From: Thermodesulfovibrionales bacterium
GTDB taxonomy: Bacteria > Nitrospirota > Thermodesulfovibrionia > Thermodesulfovibrionales > CALJEL01
Direction of reading: 5' to 3'
Length of the DNA: 64,000 nt
NCBI GenBank assembly: GCA_026417875.1
Contig: JAOACK010000006.1
Location: 1,201-65,200 of the forward strand
Shown: positions 25,865-34,879 of the stretch, in pieces
Layout of the letters: every line of letters starts with the position of its first letter
How positions within the stretch are numbered: position 1 is the first letter of the stretch
The notes under the pieces: model-generated
The model's database searches: none
What the model was told of the DNA's origin: nothing
What the model saw: only the letters and a program-made list of their open reading frames with translations
Program-made: the position numbers and the translations under genes

Positions 25865-25884
25865 AATAAAATAAATTTGCGGTC

Positions 25885-25911
25885 TTGACAGACCTTAACA
25901 TACTGTATTAA
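25885..25911 (+). promoter_or_regulatory. Possible sigma-70 promoter for the cytochrome gene
   Basis: Perfect TTGACA at 25885-25890 and TATTAA at 25906-25911, but the spacer is only 15 nt. Confidence 0.25.
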
Positions 25912-25956
25912 GCTTTTTATGTTTCTGAATCTTAAAAGAAAGGGGGTGAAGAAAAA

Positions 25957-26262
25957 ATGAGAATTATAGCAGTTATTGCAATGCTCGTAATCATAGCCTT
26001 CGCAGGTTTAGCCCTTGCTACACCACCTGGCAAGAATATCGAATATGCTGGAGGTACTGCCGGTAAAGTTATTTTTGATGGAAAAGCTCATGCAGACAAA
26101 GGTGCGAAATGCGCGGACTGCCACCCAAAGATCTTCCAGATGAAAAAAGGTGTAAAAATGACAGTGGCTGATCATGAAGGCGGAAAATTCTGCTTCGAAT
26201 GTCATAACGGTACAAAAGCTTTCGGCAGCAAGGATAACTGTGCAAAGTGCCACAAAAAGTAA
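25957..26262 (+). CDS. Small periplasmic triheme c-type cytochrome (c7/c3 family-like)
   Basis: Signal peptide MRIIAVIAMLVIIAFAGLALA. Three CxxCH motifs (CADCH, CFECH, CAKCH) in a mature part of about 80 aa. GGGGGTG SD upstream. Confidence 0.85.
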   Translation: MRIIAVIAMLVIIAFAGLALATPPGKNIEYAGGTAGKVIFDGKAHADKGAKCADCHPKIFQMKKGVKMTVADHEGGKFCFECHNGTKAFGSKDNCAKCHKK

Positions 26263-26268
26263 TCCTCG

Positions 26269-26293
26269 GGGCCTCCTTCGGGAGGCCCTTTTT
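26269..26293 (+). terminator. Rho-independent terminator
   Basis: GGGCCTCC-ttcg-GGAGGCCC perfect 8-bp GC-rich stem with a tetraloop, followed by TTTTT. It starts 7 nt after the cytochrome stop. Confidence 0.85.
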
Positions 26294-26301
26294 AATTATT
26301 A

Positions 26302-27168
26302 ATGGACCTCTCAGGAAGACTAAAAAAAACCTTTTTTATATCTGCTTCAATATTTCTTGCCGAATGCACCGGTGGCCTGCTCAGTAACAGCCTTGCACTT
26401 CTAAGTGATGCCGGTCATGTCCTTACAGATACCTTTGCCATAGGATTAAGCCTCATAGCAGCCGAAATAGCAAAGAGACCTTCTGACTTCAGAGCAACCT
26501 ACGGTTATCATAGATTCGGACTGATAGCAGCAGTGATAAATGGTGTTAGTCTTGTGGGAATTTCTATCTATATTTTTTATGAATCTTATAGAAGATTTCT
26601 CAATCCCCAGGATATAGAGCTCTACATAATGCTTCCTGTTGCATTTCTGGGACTGTTAGGAAATCTGTCGATGACATTGATTCTTGGAAAAGGGCATGAG
26701 GATCTTAATATAAAAAGTGCCTTGCTTCATGTGTTGGGAGATACATTATCATCAATAGCCGTAATAATCTCCGGCCTGCTGATCCATCTTACTGGATGGA
26801 GGATTGTTGATCCCTTAACAGGCATATTAATAGGTATTATAATAATCTTTGGCGGATTAAGGGTTATTAAAGAGGCACTCCACATATTTCTTGAACTAAC
26901 ACCTCCCGGATTTGAACCAGAAGAGATTGTGAGTGATATAAAAAATATATCAGGAGTCCTTGACATCCATGATGTCCATCTCTGGGCAATTACAAAAGGA
27001 CAGATTGCCTTTTCATGTCATGTCTATGTAAAGGATCAGAAACTGAGCGAACTGGAGTGTCTAAGAAAAGAGATAGAGAAAAGATTAAAAGACAGAGGGA
27101 TATCTCACATAATTATACAGTTTGAGTGTAAAGAATGTGAAGAGGCACAACTTTACTGCAAGTTATAA
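26302..27168 (+). CDS. Cation diffusion facilitator family metal efflux transporter (CzcD/ZitB-like)
   Basis: LLSDAGHVLTD and ALLHVLGD metal-site motifs in TM2/TM5, six TM helices, C-terminal cytoplasmic domain. Confidence 0.9.
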   Translation: MDLSGRLKKTFFISASIFLAECTGGLLSNSLALLSDAGHVLTDTFAIGLSLIAAEIAKRPSDFRATYGYHRFGLIAAVINGVSLVGISIYIFYESYRRFLNPQDIELYIMLPVAFLGLLGNLSMTLILGKGHEDLNIKSALLHVLGDTLSSIAVIISGLLIHLTGWRIVDPLTGILIGIIIIFGGLRVIKEALHIFLELTPPGFEPEEIVSDIKNISGVLDIHDVHLWAITKGQIAFSCHVYVKDQKLSELECLRKEIEKRLKDRGISHIIIQFECKECEEAQLYCKL

Positions 27169-27173
27169 GCTTC

Positions 27174-28184
27174 TCAAGGCATACCTATGCCATCTATTAG
27201 AGTATTGCATTTAAGACATCTTGAGTTCTTCATATTTATCTTTAAAAGGGAAAAACCATATCTATGTATTAATAATTCCTTACAGCTGGGACAATAGGTA
27301 TTCTCTCCTCCTTCTCCAGGAACATTGCCCTCGTAGACATATTTAAGTCCAGCATTAAGACCTATCTCCCTTGCTTTTCTAAGGGTGTTTACAGGTGTGC
27401 GGGGCCTATCAAGCATCTGGTATGTTGGATAAAACTGTGTGACGTGCCAGGGTATACCTGGGTCTATTGATTTTATGAACTCAGCAACCCATCTTAGAAA
27501 TTCCTCTGAATCATTAAGACCTGGAATTATAAGGGTTGTAATCTCCACCCACACACCCAGCTCTTTCATAAGTCTTATTGTATTCAGCACAGGCTCTAAC
27601 TTTGCGCCTGCTATTTTCCTGTAAAAATTATCATCTCCTTTAAGATCAATATTATTTCCATCAAGATAAGGAGCAATTTCTTTTATTGCTTCAGGAGAGG
27701 TATATCCGTTGCTCACAAAGACATTCTTTATACCCTTTTGCTTTGCCAGTCTTGCACAGTCGTAGGCAAATTCAAAGAATACTGTTGGTTCTGTATAGGT
27801 GTAGGAAATACTCTCACATCCATGAATTTCTGCCTCTCTGACGATCTCCTCAGGTGTAAGCTCCTCTCCAGGTATATCTTTATAGACCTTAGGATACTGG
27901 GATATCTCATAATTCTGGCAGTGCAGGCATTTGAAATTGCATCCAACTGTAGCTATAGAATAGGATCTGGAACCAGGATGGAAATGAAAAAGAGGTTTTT
28001 TCTCTATAGGATCAATGTGTCTTGCTATCACCTTACCGTACACTAGACTATAAAGTTTTCCATCTATATTTTCCCTGACAGCGCATATGCCCCTTTTACC
28101 CGGCGAGATGGTGCAGTTATGAGTACAGAGAAAGCACCTTACCTTATTTTCCTTAAGCCGTTCATAAAACATTGCTTCTTTCAT
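27174..28184 (-). CDS. AmmeMemoRadiSam system radical SAM enzyme (AmrS-type)
   Basis: VRCFLCTHNCTISPGKRGICAVR N-terminal Cys cluster and GCNFKCLHCQNY (the CxxxCxxC radical SAM motif). Confidence 0.8.
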   Translation of the reverse strand: MKEAMFYERLKENKVRCFLCTHNCTISPGKRGICAVRENIDGKLYSLVYGKVIARHIDPIEKKPLFHFHPGSRSYSIATVGCNFKCLHCQNYEISQYPKVYKDIPGEELTPEEIVREAEIHGCESISYTYTEPTVFFEFAYDCARLAKQKGIKNVFVSNGYTSPEAIKEIAPYLDGNNIDLKGDDNFYRKIAGAKLEPVLNTIRLMKELGVWVEITTLIIPGLNDSEEFLRWVAEFIKSIDPGIPWHVTQFYPTYQMLDRPRTPVNTLRKAREIGLNAGLKYVYEGNVPGEGGENTYCPSCKELLIHRYGFSLLKINMKNSRCLKCNTLIDGIGMP

Positions 28185-28193
28185 AAGATGCTC

Positions 28194-29537
28194 CTATCCG
28201 CTGATATCAATGTCTCTGAAAAGAATATGAGGACTGCCTGTACTTCCATAAAATTTCAGATCATCTCCAACAGCAATAACCTTATCAAAAAGATCAATTA
28301 CATTCCCGGCGATCATGGTCTCCTTTACAGCGAATGCTGGCTCACCCTTTACAATCCATAATCCCGATACACCAACAGAGAAATCACCTGTTACAGGATT
28401 TCCTGTATGCATTCCCATCACATCAAGTACATAAAGCATCTCACTTTCTGCATTTATTAACTGAGAAAAGGAAAGAGGTCTGGCCTTCTCTGAAGGTGCA
28501 ATAAAAAGATTTGATATGCCAACCGATGGCGGATCCAGATAACCTTTCCTTGATGCATTACCAGTACTTACAGATGAAAGTCTTTTTGCTGTGTAAGTAT
28601 TGTGGAGATATCCTTCGAGGATTCCCTCTTTTATAAGAGGGGTAATTCTTGAGGCAACTCCCTCCCCATCAACTGGTCTCGTGCCCAGTCTCCTGGGAAT
28701 AAGACCATTGTCCACAATATCTATAATTGAACTGAATACCTTCCTGCCAAGCTTATCTTGAAGCATAGACTTTCCCTTTATTATAGAATCTGCCTGAAAG
28801 GATGAGGAGAGAAATCCTAAAAATTCTGAAGCCACAGACTGGTCAAAAAGCAAAGCAGCCTTTCTGGAGGAAAGTTTTCTTGAACCAAGAAGAGAAACAG
28901 CCTTTTTCGCTGCCCTCTGGCCAAGTTCTTTCACAGAAAGGTCACCAAAAAATCTGCTCGCCTCAAACTCCCAGGTACTCTGGCTCTCACCTTTATCCTC
29001 AGCAACAACCATAATCTGTGAAATGGCAGATGTAGAGCTGTAACTTACATTAATACCATAAGAATTAACTATCGATGTTCTCAAGGTAGTAACGCTAAGA
29101 GATGCCTTCCTCGTCTTTTTAATTCTTTTGTCAAAAGAAAGGGCTGATTTTTCCAGCTCCATTACAGTACTGACTAGTAACTCGCTGCTTATATTTTCAA
29201 TAACTGGATCAAATATCTCGAGGCTTTGAGAGAATACCGATGGTTCCGGTATCGTGAGATATTCATCAGGAGCAACAAACCTTGAGAACTCGATTGCCCT
29301 TGCGAGAACGGATTCATAATCTTCTCCTATGGTTGAATAGGCAAAACCGAGCCTGTCACCATGAATTATCCTTATTCCATAACCTGAAAGGTCTGCATCC
29401 TCAATGCCTTCTATTTCCTGATCCTTAACCTCGACGGCTCTACTTCTTCCCTCAAGGATATATACTTCCACCTGGTCAATTCCCTTAGACCTTGCCTTCT
29501 TCAGAATATCCTGTGCAAAAGAAGTATTAATCTTCAT
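28194..29537 (-). CDS. TldD/PmbA family metalloprotease
   Basis: Length 447 aa. The C-terminal pattern GNPVTGDFSVGVSGLWIVKGE…GSPHILFRDIDISG is typical of PmbA/TldD. Confidence 0.8.
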   Translation of the reverse strand: MKINTSFAQDILKKARSKGIDQVEVYILEGRSRAVEVKDQEIEGIEDADLSGYGIRIIHGDRLGFAYSTIGEDYESVLARAIEFSRFVAPDEYLTIPEPSVFSQSLEIFDPVIENISSELLVSTVMELEKSALSFDKRIKKTRKASLSVTTLRTSIVNSYGINVSYSSTSAISQIMVVAEDKGESQSTWEFEASRFFGDLSVKELGQRAAKKAVSLLGSRKLSSRKAALLFDQSVASEFLGFLSSSFQADSIIKGKSMLQDKLGRKVFSSIIDIVDNGLIPRRLGTRPVDGEGVASRITPLIKEGILEGYLHNTYTAKRLSSVSTGNASRKGYLDPPSVGISNLFIAPSEKARPLSFSQLINAESEMLYVLDVMGMHTGNPVTGDFSVGVSGLWIVKGEPAFAVKETMIAGNVIDLFDKVIAVGDDLKFYGSTGSPHILFRDIDISG

Positions 29538-29898
29538 AATAGGTTGCCGATGCTGTATCAGATTCCCAGACTGTCACCGCAGTAACCCTGACGTCATCCC
29601 TGTTTACCTTTTTCTTCATTGAATCGTAAATCCACTTTGCAATATTTTCAGAGGAAGGATTCTTTTCTGTAAAAGGAAAGACATCATTAAGGAATTTATG
29701 GTCAAGCAGTGAAAGAATATCCTTCAGGTGTTCCTTGAGTTCATGGAAATCTATTGCTATATCTATCTCATTAAGCCTTTCGGCAACCACAAAGACCTGA
29801 ACCCTCCAGTTATGACCATGAAGTTTTTCACATTCACCCTGATAACCCCTTAGCTGATGGGCTGCCGAAAAATTATCCTCAATCATGAGCTCATACAT
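29527..29898 (-). CDS. queD: 6-carboxytetrahydropterin synthase (QueD / 6-pyruvoyl-tetrahydropterin synthase family)
   Basis: FSAAHQL and CEKLHGHNWRV zinc/catalytic motifs; 123 aa. Confidence 0.85.
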   Translation of the reverse strand: MYELMIEDNFSAAHQLRGYQGECEKLHGHNWRVQVFVVAERLNEIDIAIDFHELKEHLKDILSLLDHKFLNDVFPFTEKNPSSENIAKWIYDSMKKKVNRDDVRVTAVTVWESDTASATYYED

Positions 29899-29910
29899 AA
29901 GACCTCCCGA

Positions 29911-30438
29911 TTAAAGAGTCTTTCTGAATATTGCTATATAGGGAAGGTTTCTATATTTATTGTCATAATCAAGCCCGTAGCCAACAACATACTCATTTGG
30001 AATAAAAAACCCCCTGTAATCGATCGGCACATCTACAATTCTCCTCTCTTTTTTATCAAGAAAGGCACAGATCTTCAGGCTCTCAGGTGAGCGCTGGAGT
30101 ATCCTCTCCCTTATAAAATTAAGAGTAATACCCGTATCAACAATGTCTTCTATCAGAAGGACATGCCTGTTTTCAAGGGGCTCTCTAACATCATAATATA
30201 CCTTTATCTCTCCGGTTGTCTGAGTCTTAACATAGCTTGAGGCTATTATGAAGTCCACTGTAAGTGGAACCTTTATATGCCTTACAAGATCAGAAAAAAA
30301 TATGAAGGCTCCTTTGAGAATACCTATTGCTAGAATCTCCTTTCCAGCATAATCTCTTGTGATCTCCTCTGCTAAGGCCTTTACCCTTTCCTGAATCTGT
30401 TCTGGTGTAAAAAGGGGCTTTCCGATAACCATCTTCAC
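29911..30438 (-). CDS. hpt: Hypoxanthine phosphoribosyltransferase
   Basis: VLLIEDIVDTGITL PRPP-binding motif, ILKGAFIF, VVGYGLDY. Confidence 0.9.
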   Translation of the reverse strand: MKMVIGKPLFTPEQIQERVKALAEEITRDYAGKEILAIGILKGAFIFFSDLVRHIKVPLTVDFIIASSYVKTQTTGEIKVYYDVREPLENRHVLLIEDIVDTGITLNFIRERILQRSPESLKICAFLDKKERRIVDVPIDYRGFFIPNEYVVGYGLDYDNKYRNLPYIAIFRKTL

Positions 30439-32066
30439 ATCCTTTCTGGTGCCTTAACACCGAGAATTTCAAGTCCTTCTTTAAGAATTATACCAACTAC
30501 CTCTGCAAGACAAAGCCTTGCAAGGGTAAGGTCTCTGTCATCGGTTATAAATCTGTATTTATTGTAATAAGAATGGAAAAGTCCTGCAAGTTCCTGGAGA
30601 TAAAAGGTTATCCTGTGCGGTTCAAGAGTCCTCAGCGCTACTTCAAAAACAAAAGGATAGAAGATCAATTTTTTTATTAATCTTGTCTCTTCCTGAAGAT
30701 CGAGAAGCTCAACCCTTGCCTGGCTGACTCGACTCAGGTCAATTCCCTGTTCCACTGCATACCTGAATATGCTCTTTACCCTTGCGTGGGCGTACTGTAC
30801 ATAATAGACTGGATTTTCAGGGGATTGTCTCTTGGCAACCTCTATATCAAAATCAAGATGGCTATCAGGGCTTCTTGTGAGAAAGATAAATTTTGTAGTA
30901 TCCGTTCCGACCTCATCCATTATCTCCCTTAAAGTGACAAATTCCCCCGCCCTTTTCGACATCTGTACGGGCTTTCCACTCCTCAGGAGATTAACCATCT
31001 GCACCAGATAAACCTTCAGCCTCTCTTCAGGATAATCAAGTGCCCTGAGTACTGCCCTGAGTCTCGGTATATAGCCGTGATGGTCAGCACCCCATATGTT
31101 TATAAGCAGGTCAAATCCCCTGTCAATCTTATTTTTATGATAGGCTATATCAGAGGTAAAATAGGTATAATCTCCATCACTCTTTCTGAGAACCCTATCC
31201 TTATCGTCACCGAACCTTGAAGAAGCAAACCAGAGGGCCCCATCCTTCTCATAGATGTAATGCTTTGACTTGAGGGCATCAAGACTTTTCTGGACATCGC
31301 TCCGTCTGTACAGCTCTGCTTCACTCTGGTAGCTATCAAAAAATACTCCAAAGGCATTCAGGTCTTCTTTTATTCTCTCCATCATCATAGATACAGAGGT
31401 TTTAATAAAGAATTCTGCCACTTCATTAAAAGAGCTATCTCTGTATGCAGGTCCTATGTCTTTTAATATTCTCGAAGCGATATCCTTCACATATTCTCCC
31501 CTGTAACCCTCCTCAGGAAAAGGATATGCTGCTCCGAGGAGTTCCTTGTATCTTGCAAATACACTCTCTCCAAAGAGACTTACCTGTCTGCCAGCATCAT
31601 TTATATAATATTCAGCGGTCACTGAATAGCCAGCTCTCCTCAGAATATTCACAATCGCCATTCCAGTGGCTGCACCCCTTCCGTGACCGAGATGAAGCGG
31701 TCCGGTGGGATTGGCGCTCACAAATTCAACATTAATCTTTTGATAAGAATCTTTCTTTCTTAGTAAGGCTGATTCATCTCCAATTGCCATACGCCTCATC
31801 CAGTTGTATAAATAATCCTTTGAAAATCTCAGATTAATAAAACCTGGACCTGCAATCTCGGCAGATTGAAAAAATCTCGAACTTAATCTTTTTATAATCT
31901 CGGAAGCTATTTCCTTTGGAGGTTTTTTGATGAGCTTTGCAAGAGACATTGCCTGAGGAGTGGCAATGTCCCCCATATTTTCATCAGGTGGTATCTCGAT
32001 CTCAACCGATGAAACTGGTGCTATCTCCTTTATAATCTTTTCTAACTCTTCTATTGCTTCTATCAT
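30435..32066 (-). CDS. argS: Arginine--tRNA ligase
   Basis: SANPTGPLHLGHGRGA (HIGH) and QMSKRAGEF (KMSK-like). The C-terminal anticodon-binding domain ends …GVKAPERM. Confidence 0.95.
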   Translation of the reverse strand: MIEAIEELEKIIKEIAPVSSVEIEIPPDENMGDIATPQAMSLAKLIKKPPKEIASEIIKRLSSRFFQSAEIAGPGFINLRFSKDYLYNWMRRMAIGDESALLRKKDSYQKINVEFVSANPTGPLHLGHGRGAATGMAIVNILRRAGYSVTAEYYINDAGRQVSLFGESVFARYKELLGAAYPFPEEGYRGEYVKDIASRILKDIGPAYRDSSFNEVAEFFIKTSVSMMMERIKEDLNAFGVFFDSYQSEAELYRRSDVQKSLDALKSKHYIYEKDGALWFASSRFGDDKDRVLRKSDGDYTYFTSDIAYHKNKIDRGFDLLINIWGADHHGYIPRLRAVLRALDYPEERLKVYLVQMVNLLRSGKPVQMSKRAGEFVTLREIMDEVGTDTTKFIFLTRSPDSHLDFDIEVAKRQSPENPVYYVQYAHARVKSIFRYAVEQGIDLSRVSQARVELLDLQEETRLIKKLIFYPFVFEVALRTLEPHRITFYLQELAGLFHSYYNKYRFITDDRDLTLARLCLAEVVGIILKEGLEILGVKAPERM

Positions 32067-32069
32067 TAC

Positions 32070-32432
32070 TCATTCCTGTTTAACTTCCACTACCCTGTTT
32101 GAGTCATCAAGTATTAAAACTTTTGGCCTGAAGTTTTTGAGTTCATTCTCATCAAGGTACGCATAGCTGAATATTATAACCCTGTCACCGGGCATGCCCT
32201 TTCTTGCAGTAGGACCATTGAGGGCAATAATACCCGAGCCTCTTTTGCCTTCAATAACATAGGTCTCAAAGCGCTCACCGTTATTAAGATTACTTATCAT
32301 TACCTGTTCATAAGGAATGAGACCAGCCTGGTCCATAATATCCCCATCAATGGTTATACTTCCCTCATAAAAAAGATTACTCTCAGTAACTGTAGCAAGG
32401 TGAATTTTTGACCTCAGGACACAGCGAAGCAT
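32070..32432 (-). CDS. panD: Aspartate 1-decarboxylase (pyruvoyl-dependent)
   Basis: MLRCVLRSKIHLATVT and YEGSITID (Gly-Ser self-cleavage site); 120 aa. Confidence 0.92.
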   Translation of the reverse strand: MLRCVLRSKIHLATVTESNLFYEGSITIDGDIMDQAGLIPYEQVMISNLNNGERFETYVIEGKRGSGIIALNGPTARKGMPGDRVIIFSYAYLDENELKNFRPKVLILDDSNRVVEVKQE

Positions 32433-32436
32433 AAAT

Positions 32437-32724
32437 CTATTCTATTATCCTTGGTACCCTGAAGAAATTATCCACCCTGTCGGGAGCATTCCTTAAAGCA
32501 TCTTCAGATAAAAGGGATGACTCCACCCTGTCATCCCTGAAGACATTTTTAAGTGGAATAACATGGGAGGTCGGTTCTATTTTTGACGTATCAAGCTCAT
32601 TCAGTTTTTCCATATAAGTAAGTATATTGCTGAGCTGAAGGGAAAACCTCTCTTTCTCCTCTTCAGAAAGGGAAAGCCTGGCAAGATGGGCTATGTGGCT
32701 TACTTCCTCAAGCGAAATCTTCAT
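32437..32724 (-). CDS. gatC: Asp-tRNA(Asn)/Glu-tRNA(Gln) amidotransferase subunit C
   Basis: 95 aa. Contains VSHIAHLARLSLSEEEKERF…L…IL.Y…L.ELDT, as in the GatC family. Confidence 0.85.
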   Translation of the reverse strand: MKISLEEVSHIAHLARLSLSEEEKERFSLQLSNILTYMEKLNELDTSKIEPTSHVIPLKNVFRDDRVESSLLSEDALRNAPDRVDNFFRVPRIIE

Positions 32725-34823
32725 CCAAGCCTCTCAAGATTAGCAAATTTCACCGCAAGTCTCTTTATACCAACAGAGGGGAAGTTAACCATAATCTTCT
32801 TGTCATCTCCTTCTCCATAGCAATCTCTAACAACACCGATACCCCACTTTGGATGTCTGACCCTGCAGCCTGCTGGATAGGCTATTTCAGCAATCACTGC
32901 CTCTTTCCTTGGCTGAGCTATCTGTACATCCCTGACCTTCTCGAAAAGATAACAGCAGTTCTTCGGAATCTCACTAACAAATCTTGATGGTTCCTGCTGC
33001 TGAAGTTTAGAATATAGGCGCCTCTGCTTTACCGAGCTTAGTAAAAGCAGATCCTTTGCCCTCGTCATCGCAACATAAAAAAGCCTTCTTTCTTCAGAAA
33101 GATCTTCCGGAGTCTCAGCAACCTTAAAATAAGGAAGTATGCCTTCTTCAAGACCTATAATAAATACCACAGGAAACTCAAGTCCTTTAGCAATATGAAT
33201 TGTCATGAGTGAAACAGCATCCTGAGCTGGCAGGTCATCAAGGTTTGTAAAAAGTGAAACCCTGTCCAGAAAATCCCTTACAGAATATCCCTCTGCAGAT
33301 GCAAGAAGCTCCTCTATATTCTCTAATCTTTCTTCTTCGAGGCCTTCTGTATAGCCAGTTGCATTAATTATAAACCTGAGCGTTTCCTCTGCGCTGCCCT
33401 CTCTGAGAGATGAAAGCTCCTCAACCAGCTTAATAAATTCTATGAGCTTTTCCCTTGAAGTGGATACAAGAATATCAGACCTTGCTACATTTTTTAGAGC
33501 TTCAAAAAGACTTATGCCTTTTTTCTTGGCCTCCTGTTCGATCTTTGAAAGCGTCGCCTGACCTATGCCCCTCTGGGGAACATTTATGATTCTTCTGAGA
33601 CTTATATTATCATTGTTATTAACAGCAAGCTTAATATAAGCAAGGATATCCTTTATCTCCTTTCTCTGATAAAAACTCATTCCACCCACTATCCTGTAAG
33701 GTATACCCTCTGATCTAAAGGCCTCTTCAATTGGCCTCATCAGCACATTCAACCTGTAAAGTACAGCAAAATCGCTGAACTGGTATCTACCTTTAAGGAA
33801 AAGATCCTTTATTGTCTTTGCAACATACTTTGCCTCATCTATCTCATTTGTGAGTCCCGCATAACATACCTTCTCACCTGCACCCCTGTCTGTCCAGAGC
33901 CTCTTTTCCTTTCTGTTTTCATTTTTTGATATTACAGCTCCTGAAACATCAAGGATATTTTGAGTGGAACGGTAATTCTTCTCAAGCTTTATGACCTTTG
34001 CATCGGGAAAATCCTTTTCAAAATTTATAATATTGCCAACATTTGCACCCCTGAATTTATATATGCTCTGATCATCATCACCAACAACACATATATTCCT
34101 GTGTCTTTCAGCAAGAAGTTTTAATAAATTATACTGGGCAATATTGGTATCCTGGAATTCATCTACAAGAATATAAGAAAAAAGTTCCTGATATCTCTGG
34201 AGTATCTTTGGCTCTTCCCTGAATAGCTTTACAGTTAGAAAGATAAGGTCATCAAAATCCAGTGCATTGGCTCTTTTCAATTCCTCCTGGTATCTCCTGT
34301 AAATTTTAGCAAGCCTCTCGTCAAAACCATAACTATCCCCTGATGTAATAAACTCCTCGGGGCTGATCAGGCAGGCCTTGAGATAACTTATCCGGGAGGC
34401 GATACCCCTGTAAAGGGCTTCATACATCCTGAATTCTTTAAGTATCTGCCTTATGAGATGGCACTGATCCTCTTCATCATAAATGCAGAATTCCGGAGTA
34501 TATCCAAGTGCCTTTATCTCCTTTCTCAATATCTTGCTACATTGAGAATGGAAGGTACCTATCCAGGATGATGGACAGTCCGTTTTTAGTATCTCCCTTA
34601 TCCTGGATTTCATTTCATCAGCAGCCTTGTTTGTGAATGTTACCGTGAAGATTGATCCTGCAGGTATTTTTTTGTTCTTTACGAGATAGGCATATTTGTA
34701 GGTTATAACCCTGGTTTTTCCGCTTCCTGCACCTGCCAGAACAAGCAGCGGACCCTTACAATGTAAAAGGGCCTCTTTCTGTTGCAGATTAAGGTCATCA
34801 AGGAATGAAGGCGTCTTAGACAT
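32721..34823 (-). CDS. pcrA: ATP-dependent DNA helicase PcrA/UvrD
   Basis: LNLQQKEAL, AGAGSGKT (Walker A), VDEFQDTN, TIHIAKGLEFPVVF, YVAMTRAK, and a C-terminal Tudor-like GCRVRHPKWGIGVV. Confidence 0.92.
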   Translation of the reverse strand: MSKTPSFLDDLNLQQKEALLHCKGPLLVLAGAGSGKTRVITYKYAYLVKNKKIPAGSIFTVTFTNKAADEMKSRIREILKTDCPSSWIGTFHSQCSKILRKEIKALGYTPEFCIYDEEDQCHLIRQILKEFRMYEALYRGIASRISYLKACLISPEEFITSGDSYGFDERLAKIYRRYQEELKRANALDFDDLIFLTVKLFREEPKILQRYQELFSYILVDEFQDTNIAQYNLLKLLAERHRNICVVGDDDQSIYKFRGANVGNIINFEKDFPDAKVIKLEKNYRSTQNILDVSGAVISKNENRKEKRLWTDRGAGEKVCYAGLTNEIDEAKYVAKTIKDLFLKGRYQFSDFAVLYRLNVLMRPIEEAFRSEGIPYRIVGGMSFYQRKEIKDILAYIKLAVNNNDNISLRRIINVPQRGIGQATLSKIEQEAKKKGISLFEALKNVARSDILVSTSREKLIEFIKLVEELSSLREGSAEETLRFIINATGYTEGLEEERLENIEELLASAEGYSVRDFLDRVSLFTNLDDLPAQDAVSLMTIHIAKGLEFPVVFIIGLEEGILPYFKVAETPEDLSEERRLFYVAMTRAKDLLLLSSVKQRRLYSKLQQQEPSRFVSEIPKNCCYLFEKVRDVQIAQPRKEAVIAEIAYPAGCRVRHPKWGIGVVRDCYGEGDDKKIMVNFPSVGIKRLAVKFANLERLG

Positions 34824-34829
34824 TAATTA

Positions 34830-34838
34830 ATTTTAACA
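34830..34838 (-). promoter_or_regulatory. Candidate extended -10 (TGtTAAAAT) for pcrA, leaderless geometry
   Basis: Minus-strand TGT (34838-34836) plus TAAAAT (34835-34830). ATG 34823 is 7 nt downstream. No SD. Confidence 0.4.
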
Positions 34839-34865
34839 GAATCTTAATCCTTATGGCAAGAAGTA

Positions 34866-34874
34866 TGTTATAAT
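34866..34874 (+). promoter_or_regulatory. Candidate extended -10 (TGtTATAAT) for def-fmt, leaderless geometry
   Basis: Consensus TGnTATAAT at 34866-34874. ATG 34880 is 6 nt downstream. The intervening bases are TTTTT, with no SD. Confidence 0.45.
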
Positions 34875-34879
34875 TTTTT

